Counted from the stretch's first letter, positions 27,807 through 37,229 are shown. The stretch: DNA of 62,920 nt from a virus (IMGVR_UViG_3300037808_000193:1-62920); one strand, 5' to 3'. Notes: generated from the letters alone by a model not told the origin. Made by a program: numbers and translations.

Positions 27807-28015
27807 CCTGCATTGGCCTCTTCCTCTGCATACTCCTCATTGAGGATCATGGCTTCCTGCTCTGCCGACATCTCGGCATGAGGGTGGCCCTTGAGGAACC
27901 TCGCCACCACCTTGTGAGCTGGTGGAGCGTTGTCGAAATACTCAACCTCGTCGGTGTCGTAGACGATCCAAGTTCCATTGGGCAACTCGGTGCATTCATA
28001 TCTCATCTGGTGCAC
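27803..28015 (-). CDS. Hypothetical protein
   Basis: Coupled ORF. Confidence 0.5.
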   Translation of the reverse strand: MHQMRYECTELPNGTWIVYDTDEVEYFDNAPPAHKVVARFLKGHPHAEMSAEQEAMILNEEYAEEEANAG

Positions 28016-28176
28016 TCCTCACACGTGATTAGCGACTCCCAGGATGCAAAGTCAACATCCATCATAGGCACACCCGACTTGACCGTGGCTGTTGCCCCAC
28101 ACCTGGCAGTTAGTTCCCTCTTGCCCTTGCCCGACTTCGAGTCCTTGAGCATGTGAGTCATTCTGCAACTAGCCAT
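28003..28176 (-). CDS. Small zinc-finger protein
   Basis: TH...ARCG...ITCEEC; start refined. Confidence 0.5.
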   Translation of the reverse strand: MASCRMTHMLKDSKSGKGKRELTARCGATATVKSGVPMMDVDFASWESLITCEECTR

Positions 28177-28453
28177 TGGACACGAACTCATATGTCTGGC
28201 TGAAGATCTCGGGCTTGCAGGGGTAGAACTCGCCATGTACCCCCTTGATTATCCAGTCACCAATGTTTGCCACCATGGTCCCTTCAAGAGTGTCAATCTT
28301 GATTCCTCCCTCACGCCTTACCTTCCCGCCACACCACCTAACCAACTCGCCCACCCTCTCATAGGTGACAAGATCAGCTTCGATGATGACTGGCTTCTTC
28401 CGGTACTTAGGCATCTGGGTCCTCGAATCGTGCTTCAAACAACATCTGCTCAT
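28169..28453 (-). CDS. Conserved small phage protein (KYRKKPV.IEA family)
   Basis: KYRKKPVIIEA...IDTLEGTM.A..GDWIIKGV.GEFYPCKP.IF..TYE; likely start at MPKYRK. Confidence 0.8.
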   Translation of the reverse strand: MSRCCLKHDSRTQMPKYRKKPVIIEADLVTYERVGELVRWCGGKVRREGGIKIDTLEGTMVANIGDWIIKGVHGEFYPCKPEIFSQTYEFVSNG

Positions 28454-28871
28454 ACGTCAACCTGCGACTTCCAAGCTCACTGGACCTCTTGCACATCTCG
28501 GTGAACATCCTCAACTCCCCAGTACGAAACTTGTACCCAGGGTCACCTTTGGTGATATGGCCATCAGCTTCCATTCGATGAAGATCAATGGTGATTTCTG
28601 CAGCACGTGAGTAGTAAGCATCCGCCACCTCCTGAAGAGTCATGACACCTTTGTCGATAGGTGGCTCCACCCTCCCCATAAGCACGTCCTTCATCTCATC
28701 CAATTCGTCTCTCAACTGTTGGACGGCCACTGCTCCGTGATCGACCCTGAAGAAACGGAGGGGAGGCCGACGCTTGCGGTTACCTTTCCCCTCTTTCCCT
28801 TTCTTGTTGGCAGATCCACCCGTGACACGGACACGTCTTGGTCCCTCGGCCATTCCTTGCTCCTCTCGCAC
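28407..28871 (-). CDS. Hypothetical helical protein
   Basis: Basic N-terminus and helical body; overlaps the Cas4-like gene. Confidence 0.6.
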   Translation of the reverse strand: MREEQGMAEGPRRVRVTGGSANKKGKEGKGNRKRRPPLRFFRVDHGAVAVQQLRDELDEMKDVLMGRVEPPIDKGVMTLQEVADAYYSRAAEITIDLHRMEADGHITKGDPGYKFRTGELRMFTEMCKRSSELGSRRLTYEQMLFEARFEDPDA

Positions 28872-29614
28872 ACATCTGTGTAGTTGCAGCCCCGATAGGC
28901 ACCGATCTTCTCTTTGCAGTCAGGCAACATTTCGGGGAGTTGCTTTAGTTCTATCACCGACCTCGAACTCTTCACGTACCTCAGAATCTCATCGGTGATG
29001 AGCGGATCACGTTCGATACGGAACTCTTTCCAATCGTTGGTGTCCTTGTTCTCGTACAGCACGTACCAGAGATCCATCCCGGTCAGCAGCATGTAGGCGT
29101 GAACCTGCCAGATGTGATGCTCCAGCGGTCTCTTCATCCTCACGATGATCGTGTACTGGTAGCTGTTGCACCCTTTGATCTCGACGCCAAAGTTCTCGGC
29201 AAAGTTCACACCATCAGCAGTGCCGATCATCCCGTGGTCCTGCATCAGATGTTCGATGGTGTCGATGACCCCACACTCCAGCAGAACGGCTTGCCATCTC
29301 AGGTGTCGCCAGTGACCATCGAGGAACAGGTTGCTGAGGACAGCATTCCTGATCTCGTCACGTCCAGCATTCTGAGTAGCACCCAACCATTGGAAGACCC
29401 CTGCCCGGTAGCAGTGAAGGCTCAACGAGCTAGCAGCAAACGAGCTGTGCCTGATACGTCCAGAGCCCGCCAGCTGGTTGGTGATGATCTCGATGGTCTC
29501 CTCTGAGTAGTAGGGACCAGGGTCGAGCATCATGTACTTGGTGACAGCGGGAGTGATGGCCAGCTTGCCCTGAAGCCCGATCGAGATCTTGCTCAGATTG
29601 GGTGTGGATCTCAT
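28712..29614 (-). CDS. Cas4-like PD-(D/E)xK exonuclease
   Basis: ASS...CYR, GHWRH, GTADG, EIKG, Q..AYM, and C-terminal C...C.Y..VC cluster. Confidence 0.85.
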   Translation of the reverse strand: MRSTPNLSKISIGLQGKLAITPAVTKYMMLDPGPYYSEETIEIITNQLAGSGRIRHSSFAASSLSLHCYRAGVFQWLGATQNAGRDEIRNAVLSNLFLDGHWRHLRWQAVLLECGVIDTIEHLMQDHGMIGTADGVNFAENFGVEIKGCNSYQYTIIVRMKRPLEHHIWQVHAYMLLTGMDLWYVLYENKDTNDWKEFRIERDPLITDEILRYVKSSRSVIELKQLPEMLPDCKEKIGAYRGCNYTDVCERSKEWPRDQDVSVSRVDLPTRKGKRGKVTASVGLPSVSSGSITEQWPSNS

Positions 29615-29763
29615 TCGACCTTCTTCAGCGTGTCTTTGTTGAGCGTGACTGGAGGTGACCCATCTCGGTTGTCAACCTTGACCCACCGCCAGTCTCCCCA
29701 CTCACCAACTATATACCCACTGATAGTAGGACCAGCTGTCACTCTGTCACCAGTATTAGTCAT
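29611..29763 (-). CDS. Small SH3-like protein (50 aa, not in ORF track)
   Basis: ATGA-coupled at both ends; GDRV...GYIVG...WVKVD. Confidence 0.5.
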   Translation of the reverse strand: MTNTGDRVTAGPTISGYIVGEWGDWRWVKVDNRDGSPPVTLNKDTLKKVE

Positions 29764-30188
29764 CTGCGATACACGTACCCTTCAAGGACGATGCCATTGG
29801 CAAACTCCACCACGTAAAGGGCGTCCTTCCCCTCCTTGGCAGACTCACGAAAGTGCTTGGCAAGTTCATCAGCACCCAACGTGTGACTCTTGTTAGCCAT
29901 CTTGAACTCACCTACCTCATCGGCATTTGAGGCATCACCCTTGATCTTTCCAGCACCAGAATTTGGGTGAGGTCTCATGTTGTAGACCTTGGCGGTCGGT
30001 GCCTCGTTCTCCCGGCCCTTCACCTGAGGGGTCTTCTCCTTGTACGGGAAGAGATCGTCCCGATCCACTGACCGACAGTCCTTGCACACCTCGAACCGAA
30101 CGTTGGTGTGGTTGATGCACCGACACTGGCGGATCACCTTGTCACAATCACTACACCTGGTGATCCCATGACCAAGCAAGCTACTCAC
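29760..30188 (-). CDS. Hjc-type resolvase/endonuclease with N-terminal zinc finger
   Basis: CSDC...CRC...CKDC; G...E...PNSGAG.IKGD...EFK. Confidence 0.75.
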   Translation of the reverse strand: MSSLLGHGITRCSDCDKVIRQCRCINHTNVRFEVCKDCRSVDRDDLFPYKEKTPQVKGRENEAPTAKVYNMRPHPNSGAGKIKGDASNADEVGEFKMANKSHTLGADELAKHFRESAKEGKDALYVVEFANGIVLEGYVYRR

Positions 30189-31128
30189 TCAGCTTCTCCC
30201 AAATTCCATCGAGCAACTCTTGGTCGTCTGACATGGCGGCCTTGAAGGCGTCCTTGCCTCTGACCTCAGTGTCCCCAAACTTGTACGTGCCCTTCTTCGG
30301 CTGGGTGATGATCCCTTCGAGCATGGCTGTATCGAAGACGAACCCGAGATCATCCACACCATCCCCGAACATGAAGGTGAACTTCACCTCCTGGTGCGGC
30401 CTGGACAACTTGCTCTTCTCAAGGTGGGCTCGGATCACCTGCCCGATCACCCTCTTGTCTTCCTTCACCTTGGACGACTTGAACATGGCCACCCTCATCG
30501 AGGAGTAGAAGGGCAGAGCCTTCCCGCCTGGCGTAGTTACTGGTGAACCAAAGGTGATTCCGACATTCATCCTCGTCTGATTGATGAAGAGGAGTGCCGT
30601 GTTGTTGTTGTACGTGGTGATCTTACGAAGGGCCTGTGACATGAGAGCCGCCAACCTGGCTGGTTGCACTGGATCTCGGGAAGACTTCTCGGCTTCTGTC
30701 TTCGGGAGAGTGGCAGCTACTGAGTCCCAGACGACCAGGCCTACTCCTGCTCGGACGAGGGCGACTGTTGCGTCGACGGCTTCTTCACCAGTCTCAGGGT
30801 GCATGACGATGAGCTTCTCGGTGTCGACACCAAGGGCGTCAGCCCAGCTCGGGTCGAATGCATTCTCCGTGTCGATGATGGCGGCCGTGAGGTCGTTGTC
30901 TTGGGCAACAGCACATGCACTGAGGCCAACGTATGACTTGAGCGTTGAGAAGTCTCCGAAGATCTCCGTCGCCCTCCCCATCGGAAGCCCGCCACCGAGA
31001 AGATAATCAACAGGAGTAACACCAGTAGGTAGGTAATCGACAACAAGAGAAGGATCTGAACCAAGTTTGATGACATCGCTACCTAGCTCCTTGTTGATCA
31101 CGTTCATCAGCTCTTTGGCTGTCGTCAT
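30181..31128 (-). CDS. recA: RecA/UvsX recombinase
   Basis: PTG...D.LLGGGLP.GR.TEIFGDFSTLKS, IDTENAFD, VVWDSVAA, FINQ, TPGGKALPFYSS.R. Confidence 0.95.
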   Translation of the reverse strand: MTTAKELMNVINKELGSDVIKLGSDPSLVVDYLPTGVTPVDYLLGGGLPMGRATEIFGDFSTLKSYVGLSACAVAQDNDLTAAIIDTENAFDPSWADALGVDTEKLIVMHPETGEEAVDATVALVRAGVGLVVWDSVAATLPKTEAEKSSRDPVQPARLAALMSQALRKITTYNNNTALLFINQTRMNVGITFGSPVTTPGGKALPFYSSMRVAMFKSSKVKEDKRVIGQVIRAHLEKSKLSRPHQEVKFTFMFGDGVDDLGFVFDTAMLEGIITQPKKGTYKFGDTEVRGKDAFKAAMSDDQELLDGIWEKLSE

Positions 31129-31660
31129 GTGATGTGGTCACTTTCATCGTTACCTTCCCACGGCCAGACTTGGCCGGGGACATATCTACAATCTTCTGGG
31201 TGAGTTCGTCGTCAGACAAGCGGAACATCTCACGAACCATCTTCAAGTCACCGAGGTCAAGCTCACAATCGGGGTCTTCATCACCACGGTTCATGTCATA
31301 ACCCAAGTCAGCGATCGTCTCGACTATCCGCACCCACAAGTGCTTCTTCTCTGGTGCCAGAGGGACACCTGCATCGACGCCTGACATGGCGTACTTCTGC
31401 ATGGCAGACCTCACCCTCTCTGCATTACGAGAGTCCTTGGCTCGTGACTTCACTGTCACCCGGCCACCCTCCATCGACATGCGAGTTTCGATGTTGGTCT
31501 GAGTCACAGCCAGAGACTCGAACAACTCCTGTGGGAAGTTGACGATGACCTCGTAGCCGAGAGTCTCTGGATCTTCCGAGATGGTTCCGGTCAGAATCGA
31601 CATGCACATCATGAAGAGTGAGTAGTCGCCCTGTCCGAGCCTCTGCCAGTCCTCAGCCAT
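31079..31660 (-). CDS. Hypothetical protein
   Basis: Coupled between dnaE and recA. Confidence 0.6.
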   Translation of the reverse strand: MAEDWQRLGQGDYSLFMMCMSILTGTISEDPETLGYEVIVNFPQELFESLAVTQTNIETRMSMEGGRVTVKSRAKDSRNAERVRSAMQKYAMSGVDAGVPLAPEKKHLWVRIVETIADLGYDMNRGDEDPDCELDLGDLKMVREMFRLSDDELTQKIVDMSPAKSGRGKVTMKVTTSHDDSQRADERDQQGAR

Positions 31661-34326
31661 CAGAGCCCCAGAGACCCGAGTGCCCCAGCATCTTGCAGCT
31701 TGAGTAGCACTCCGTTGAATTCACCATTGGCTGCATAATTCTTCCCTCCTGATACAGCTCTACTATCCGTATTGTTTATCAGATCATCAATGGTGTCGAA
31801 AGGTGCGTTGGTGAATATCTCACTAGCCGCCTTGATGCCAATCCCATCAATCGAGGACAGGCCCTTTCGGATTCCCCTCCTCTTCTTGTCGATGGTCCAC
31901 ACGTCACCAGAGATGTTGACATCGGGTGGCAGGATTCTGATCCCCAGCCTCCTCGCCTCCCTGACGTAGAGCTTCTCCTTCGGAGTGCCAGCTGTCGTCT
32001 CCAGCACTGCCGTCATGTACTCCAGCGGGTGGTGGGTCTTGAGGTAGGCAGCCTGGTAGCCCATCAATCCGTAGGCAGTGGCGTGAGCTTCGTTGAACCC
32101 GTAGTCGGCAAACCCTTTCATCTGATCCCAAACCCAATCTGCCTCTCGGCTACTCATGCCAGCAGCAACACAGTGAGCCTTGACAGCGCCACTGAACTCT
32201 CGGAACACACCATGGGACATCGTGAGCTGAGATCCCGACGCCTTCACTGCATCGAGGAACTTGTTCATCAGCTCGTAGCCCATGCCAAGATCCCGCAGGA
32301 TGTCCATGACTTGCTCCTGGTAGAGCACCACGCCCTGAGTCGTCTTCAGCGCCTTCTCGATACAGGGGTGAGGGTAGTCAGGGGGTGGGACACGCTTGAA
32401 TCGACGGTCGATGAACGTGTCGGTCTGGCCAGTCTTCATAGCTGCGGGCCTGAAGAGGGCCATGGCGTCGATGCAATCCTTCACCGTCCTCGGCTTGAGC
32501 TTCTTCGTTCCCCAAGCGTTGGCCTTGCCATCGAACTGGAAGATGCCGTTGTTCGGCTCCACCTTGCGGAGTGCCTTGAACGTCTCCTGGTCCTTGAGTG
32601 GAATCCACCCGAGACCATCGAGTGGGTCACGGTCGATCATCTCCAAGCACCGACGCATGGTGGTGAGTGTCCTCAGCCCGAGGAGGTCGAGCTTCACGAA
32701 GCCCAGCGCCTCCACTTCCTTCATCTCATACTGGGTGACGGTGTTCTTGCTCGATGGGATGAGCATGGTCGGCACGTAGTCAGAGATCGGTAGCCCTGGT
32801 GGCTCGATGATGAACCCGGCAGCGTGCGACCCTGGTGCCTTCGAGATGTCCAGGCCACCCAGACTCCTGATGATCAGCTGCTCGTCTTCCGGCAGATCGG
32901 AGATGGTGTCGACCCATCCGTACTTGGCCTTGAAGTCTTCTGGACCCATGTCCCGACGTTTGCGGGAGATGTACTGCACGAACAGTGACCCCCGGTCATA
33001 GTCATCGACACCCATGGAGTTGTAAGTGCCAATCTGACAGATGGTGTACTTGTCACTCAGGTAGTCAACGATGTCCTGACGGCGAGTGTCCTCTACGTCT
33101 ATGTCGATATCTGGTGGCTTGGTCCTGTCTTCGGTCATGAACCGATCGAACCCGACCTTCCATTCGATGGGGTCGATGTTGGTGATGTCGAGCATGTAGC
33201 AGACGAGTGACCCGTTGGCCGATCCTCGAATGTTGAGGAGGATGCCCTGCTTCCTGGCCCAGCGGCACACCTTGGCCACGAAGAGCAGGTAGTCAGCAAA
33301 CCCCGTCTTCTCGAACACCTCGATCTCGTGCTTGAGCCTCTTCATGTACTTCGACGGGATGCTGTCTGGCCACCACTCTGCAGCTGCCTTCCACAACAGG
33401 TTCTCCATCGACCTCTGCGGGTTCTTGGCCACGTGTGGCACTTGGAACCTGTAGTTGTCGATAGCTGGTATGGCCATCTTGTTCAGGTCGATGATGTCTC
33501 TGAAGGACGCCAGAGCTGCGTTGTAGACCCGCTGGGTCGTCCTGGTCTCGGCGTAGTGGTCCTTGATCCACTTCTGCTTGCACAGGTGATAGGCGTCACC
33601 AGGGAAGGCCGCATCGTCGTCTGGGTCCAGGCCATGGATGACCATCCTCTTCATTGCGTCGTGCAACGGGACCTGATCGAGGTGGCAGTAGTGAGAGTCG
33701 TTGGTGATGACCACTGGGATGCCGGTCTTGTTGGCGATCTCCCAAAGTGCCTCGGTGATGCTGACATCATCAGATGAACCATCCGGCTGGATGGTGTTGT
33801 GCATCTGAGTCTCGATGTAGGTGTGAGGGAACCTCTGGGCAAACCACTGGGCGATGCCTATGGCTCTCTGCTCACCATGGTTCAGCAGAGTCTGGATCAG
33901 AATCCCGAAGAAGCAACCTGTGGTGATAAGGACATCAGCACCACAACGCTGGGCAAGAATGTCCAGGTCGTCGAAGTCGATCCTTGGCTTCCGGTGGAAG
34001 GCTGATCTTTGGTGAGAGCGGGACGATAGCTCGACCAATCCCTTGTACCCGTCGAGGTTCAGAGCCAACACACCCATGTGGTAACGCTTGGCGTCCTTGT
34101 CGGCCTTGTCGTGGACGAGGTAGAACTCCTCGCCAGGGAAGGGCGCAAGGTTGTGTTTCTTGCTGGCCTTGTATAGCTCGATCGTTCCCGACATGTTCCC
34201 ATGGTCGGTGAGAGCTATCCCCGGCTGATTGTTACGTGCAGCAGTCTCGACCATCTCAGTCACTGAGCCCATGGCGTCTAGCGATGAGTAGTGGGAGTGT
34301 GCGTGCAGATGAAAGAACGAACCCAT
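31660..34326 (-). CDS. dnaE: Family C DNA polymerase (DnaE alpha; PHP, polymerase and HhH domains, no C-terminal OB)
   Basis: HLHAHSHYS.LD, TDHG, NDSHY, RGSANGS, PDIDID, HAAG, KLDLLGL, YQEQVM, YGFNEAHA. Confidence 0.96.
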   Translation of the reverse strand: MGSFFHLHAHSHYSSLDAMGSVTEMVETAARNNQPGIALTDHGNMSGTIELYKASKKHNLAPFPGEEFYLVHDKADKDAKRYHMGVLALNLDGYKGLVELSSRSHQRSAFHRKPRIDFDDLDILAQRCGADVLITTGCFFGILIQTLLNHGEQRAIGIAQWFAQRFPHTYIETQMHNTIQPDGSSDDVSITEALWEIANKTGIPVVITNDSHYCHLDQVPLHDAMKRMVIHGLDPDDDAAFPGDAYHLCKQKWIKDHYAETRTTQRVYNAALASFRDIIDLNKMAIPAIDNYRFQVPHVAKNPQRSMENLLWKAAAEWWPDSIPSKYMKRLKHEIEVFEKTGFADYLLFVAKVCRWARKQGILLNIRGSANGSLVCYMLDITNIDPIEWKVGFDRFMTEDRTKPPDIDIDVEDTRRQDIVDYLSDKYTICQIGTYNSMGVDDYDRGSLFVQYISRKRRDMGPEDFKAKYGWVDTISDLPEDEQLIIRSLGGLDISKAPGSHAAGFIIEPPGLPISDYVPTMLIPSSKNTVTQYEMKEVEALGFVKLDLLGLRTLTTMRRCLEMIDRDPLDGLGWIPLKDQETFKALRKVEPNNGIFQFDGKANAWGTKKLKPRTVKDCIDAMALFRPAAMKTGQTDTFIDRRFKRVPPPDYPHPCIEKALKTTQGVVLYQEQVMDILRDLGMGYELMNKFLDAVKASGSQLTMSHGVFREFSGAVKAHCVAAGMSSREADWVWDQMKGFADYGFNEAHATAYGLMGYQAAYLKTHHPLEYMTAVLETTAGTPKEKLYVREARRLGIRILPPDVNISGDVWTIDKKRRGIRKGLSSIDGIGIKAASEIFTNAPFDTIDDLINNTDSRAVSGGKNYAANGEFNGVLLKLQDAGALGSLGL

Positions 34327-34369
34327 ACGGACTCACCTCCGTTCTTAGTTTGCCACCTAGAAATGAGTG

Positions 34370-34425
34370 AGGGGTAGGCCCGGTGGGAAGGCCTACCCCT
34401 CTGCCAGGTCGGTGGGTCCCTGACA
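34370..34425 (-). promoter_or_regulatory. Twin hairpins in the dnaE leader
   Basis: TGTCAGG-GACCCACCGA-CCTGGCA then AGGGGTAGGCC-TTCCCACCG-GGCCTACCCCT; both loops contain CCCACCG. Confidence 0.55.
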
Positions 34426-34482
34426 AGAACCACACTACCTGACTATTGGTGAGAACGCAACCCTAGATTAGGATCGCATCTT

Positions 34483-35436
34483 TCAGGTGACGGCATCCTC
34501 GATTGCGTCGATGTAGACCTGACGGTTCTTCGACGACACCTTGAGGCCGATCTCCTTGGCCAAGGTGCGGAGTGCAGTGATCTTCATGTCTGGCAAAGCG
34601 TCGAGGTCAACGGTGATGGACTCTTCGTCATCATCAAGGTCTTCATCATCGTCATCGTCCAGATCGAAGTCATCGTCGTCATCATCGTCTTCGTCATCAT
34701 CGAGGTCTTCGAGGTCGTCGTCATCTTCCTCGTCTTCCTCTTCATCTTCATCTTCATCACGACTTGCCCGGCGAGATCCCTTCCTCGTGGTGGGCTTGGC
34801 TCGTCCCGACTTGTCCTTCGGCTTACGACGTGGCTCCTCTTCTTCCTCGTCATCGTCATCCACATCGTCAATGTCATCGTCGTCGAAGTCGTCCTCTCCC
34901 GAGACCGCCTTCTCCCACTCCTCGTACATGCCGATGAGGAATTCCTCAGTGTCGACGACCTTGTACTTCTTGAGGTTGATCTTCGACTCGTCCATGGGAT
35001 CGAACCGATATCGGGTGTCGGTTCCCTTGCCCCGACGAGTCAGCTCGAAGTCACGGTCCATGATGGTCCCACGCTTCTCGCAACGAGCAAGCAGATCATC
35101 TGCCAGTGACGACGGCAGCTTCATCGGGTAGACCTTCCCCTCCTCAATATCGAGGACACAGGTCATCACCCGCTTTGAAGGACCGAAACGTCCACCGGAT
35201 GCTTCTCCGTCATCACCCTCTACAAGGGGACGGAACATCCTGACCTCTTCATCGAAGACCTCTCGGTAGCCAGTCCAACCATCGGGCTCGGTGAGGAATC
35301 GCACCATCACGTCTTCATCTTCCCCGATGAACTTGACGAAGTGCTCTCCACCTCCCTGCTTCAACCTCTTCTTGGCTTCTTGGATGGAGCCGAATTTGCC
35401 CCCTCCTTGAAGCTTGACCTTCTTCTTCGTTGCCAT
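34483..35436 (-). CDS. gp32-like ssDNA-binding protein with long acidic tract and C-terminal Rho-N/HEH-like domain
   Basis: VRFLTEP...DRDFELTRRGKGTDTRY; D/E tract; LPDMKITALRTLAKEIGL; start refined to MATKKK. Confidence 0.8.
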   Translation of the reverse strand: MATKKKVKLQGGGKFGSIQEAKKRLKQGGGEHFVKFIGEDEDVMVRFLTEPDGWTGYREVFDEEVRMFRPLVEGDDGEASGGRFGPSKRVMTCVLDIEEGKVYPMKLPSSLADDLLARCEKRGTIMDRDFELTRRGKGTDTRYRFDPMDESKINLKKYKVVDTEEFLIGMYEEWEKAVSGEDDFDDDDIDDVDDDDEEEEEPRRKPKDKSGRAKPTTRKGSRRASRDEDEDEEEDEEDDDDLEDLDDDEDDDDDDDFDLDDDDDEDLDDDEESITVDLDALPDMKITALRTLAKEIGLKVSSKNRQVYIDAIEDAVT

Positions 35437-35618
35437 GTTGCTCCCTTGAGCTGATCTTGACACCGCCAGTGACTCACGTACTGACTGGTGATAACCATAT
35501 CACAGAGGTGTGATTCGGTGTTCCATGACCCTACTGACGGGGTGGGACATTACGTTTCACCTGCATCCGAAGGACATATATAGGAGTAACGGTGGTTGCT
35601 GCTCCTGAGTCCAGGCGA

Positions 35619-35658
35619 GAAGAAACCCCGACCCAGTACGTCGGGCCGGGGCTGCTTC
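35619..35658 (-). terminator. Terminator ending the early operon
   Basis: GAAGCAGCCCCGGCCC...GGGTCGGGGTTTCTTC. Confidence 0.7.
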
Positions 35659-35723
35659 CCTAGCAACTCGGAGGTGAGTGGCTCCGAACTTGTCTCTCTA
35701 CTTATAGGAAGGATTGCTGTTAC

Positions 35724-36119
35724 TCACGGTCTCCGCAACTTCCTCTGAGCCTTGACGATCTTGTCGATTTGGTCCTCAGCTTCTGGGGTCAACGGCATCA
35801 GGCCGTTAGCTCTCGCTTCCTCGCCTGAACCGAACACCTCGACACCACTCGGCTCTGGGGGTTCGATCCCATATATACGCAGAGCGAGTAACTCGTGGTG
35901 ATGACCTCTGTTGCTGTGACAATCACCCCAACCACGGCACATCTTCTGTGTCTCACCCAATCCTGACCAGTGGCACAGGAACTTGGCTGGTGGTTGATGC
36001 ATCGTCTCCGCATCGAACTCGACGAGCTTGTCGTACTCGTCTGGGTGCCACACAGCTGGTGGAACGTCCTTGCGGTACGGACACGAGGGACATGGAACGT
36101 CCCTGAACTCCTCAATCAT
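35724..36119 (-). CDS. DUF6283-like Cys-rich protein
   Basis: PCPSCPYRKDVP..VW...EYDKL...F.CH...CRGW; start refined after the GAGGTGAG SD. Confidence 0.75.
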   Translation of the reverse strand: MIEEFRDVPCPSCPYRKDVPPAVWHPDEYDKLVEFDAETMHQPPAKFLCHWSGLGETQKMCRGWGDCHSNRGHHHELLALRIYGIEPPEPSGVEVFGSGEEARANGLMPLTPEAEDQIDKIVKAQRKLRRP

Positions 36120-36138
36120 CTGACTCACCTCACTTTCT

Positions 36139-36190
36139 CCTGCCCTGAGAGCAGGTGGAACCCCACCACCGAAGTGATGGGGAACCATCT
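36139..36190 (-). ncRNA. Conserved two-hairpin intercistronic RNA motif, copy 5
   Basis: AGATGGTT-CCCCATCAC-TTCG-GTGGTGGGG-TTCCA-CCTGCTC-TCA-GGGCAGG. Confidence 0.8.
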
Positions 36191-36194
36191 GGCA

Positions 36195-36641
36195 TCAGAG
36201 TGACGATTCCCAAAGGTTGATCTCTTTGACAATCTGCTTGTCGATCCGAATCGCTCGGAACGGCCACTTCTCGGCCCGAGTGCAGACACGAGCTACATGG
36301 TTGCCCTTGCGTATCGTCCACTGCGTCTCGGTGGTCTTGCCTGTGCGATGTCCGCAGGCAAGCACATCCATCTCGTTGTGATTTGGTGCCTTCGACGCTG
36401 GCTGATCCAGAGCAACGATCACCGTCCAGTGTTTGCATCGGGTACAGAACCCGAGCCACATCCAGTCAATGCCTTTGCCCTTCTGATCGCCGTCGTAGAT
36501 CATCACGTAGGAGTCGGAGGAATCCAACACCTGACGGATGGTCGTCGGTGACGGGCCAATGCCGAACTCCCCAGGGGTTCCGCCCTGGGTGATCAGGATT
36601 CCGTGCATGAGGTCCATTGCTTGCTCGGTATCAGTCATCAC
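36195..36641 (-). CDS. Hypothetical protein with CxxC...CGH
   Basis: FCTRCKH...LACGH. Confidence 0.6.
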   Translation of the reverse strand: MMTDTEQAMDLMHGILITQGGTPGEFGIGPSPTTIRQVLDSSDSYVMIYDGDQKGKGIDWMWLGFCTRCKHWTVIVALDQPASKAPNHNEMDVLACGHRTGKTTETQWTIRKGNHVARVCTRAEKWPFRAIRIDKQIVKEINLWESSL

Positions 36642-37027
36642 TTCACCGTCACTCTCAGGTAGGGCCTCTTGGGCGTTTCGGTTGTTGCTGATTCGATCAA
36701 CTTCTCGTCGATCTCTCCCAGCGCCACCGCTGCTTCGAGGAGCTTGGGGTCGATCACCTTCTTGGTGACCTTCTCCACTACATCCTCTGGCAGATTGTCC
36801 AGAAGCTCTACCGGGTCGATGTTGCGAGTGACTCCTGCCACGAGGGCAATTTGGACATCACCACGTGAGGTCCCCCGAATGAGGTCCCTCTCCATGTCAC
36901 CTTTGACCATCGTTTCGATGATCTGCTCTTGGAAGGATCGGTACTCCGCCTCGGACTCCTCCTTGGACTCCTTGGCATCGAGCATGTTCTCGACCCAACT
37001 CAGCTTGATCTTGGCTGGTTTCGCCAT
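36638..37027 (-). CDS. Conserved hypothetical protein
   Basis: Coiled coil then KVTKKVIDPKLLEAAV..GEI...PYLRVT; start refined to MAKPAK. Confidence 0.7.
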   Translation of the reverse strand: MAKPAKIKLSWVENMLDAKESKEESEAEYRSFQEQIIETMVKGDMERDLIRGTSRGDVQIALVAGVTRNIDPVELLDNLPEDVVEKVTKKVIDPKLLEAAVALGEIDEKLIESATTETPKRPYLRVTVK

Positions 37028-37050
37028 GATCTTCTCACCTCCGTTTGTTT

Positions 37051-37101
37051 CCTGCCGGATGACAGGTGGAAGGGCACCTCCGAAGAGATGCCCAACCATC
37101 T
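37051..37101 (-). ncRNA. Conserved two-hairpin intercistronic RNA motif, copy 4
   Basis: AGATGGTT-GGGCATCTC-TTCG-GAGGTGCCC-TTCCA-CCTGTC-ATCC-GGCAGG. Confidence 0.8.
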
Positions 37102-37103
37102 AC

Positions 37104-37229
37104 CTACCGACTGCCTGACCAGTAGCTCCTAAGCAGCTCGAACTGTCCGTTGGACATCATCGCCACGATCAGAATCACGATCACGACGATGGCTGTCCAT
37201 GTCAGGTTCCTGAACGTTGTCTCAGTCAC
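37104..37229 (-). CDS. Small membrane peptide (41 aa, not in ORF track)
   Basis: MTETTFRNLTWTAIVVIVILIVAMMSNGQFELLRSYWSGSR. Confidence 0.55.
   Translation of the reverse strand: MTETTFRNLTWTAIVVIVILIVAMMSNGQFELLRSYWSGSR

Noticed and set aside
31660-34326. Truncated or intein-split DnaE
   Set aside because: Catalytic motifs are contiguous with no intein signatures; lacking the C-terminal OB region is plausible for a phage DnaE and the next gene is directly coupled
34541-35131. Plus-strand poly-Ser ORF and most other plus-strand ORFs in the track
   Set aside because: Antisense shadows of well-supported minus-strand genes in a GC-rich genome (here the complement of Asp/Glu codons)
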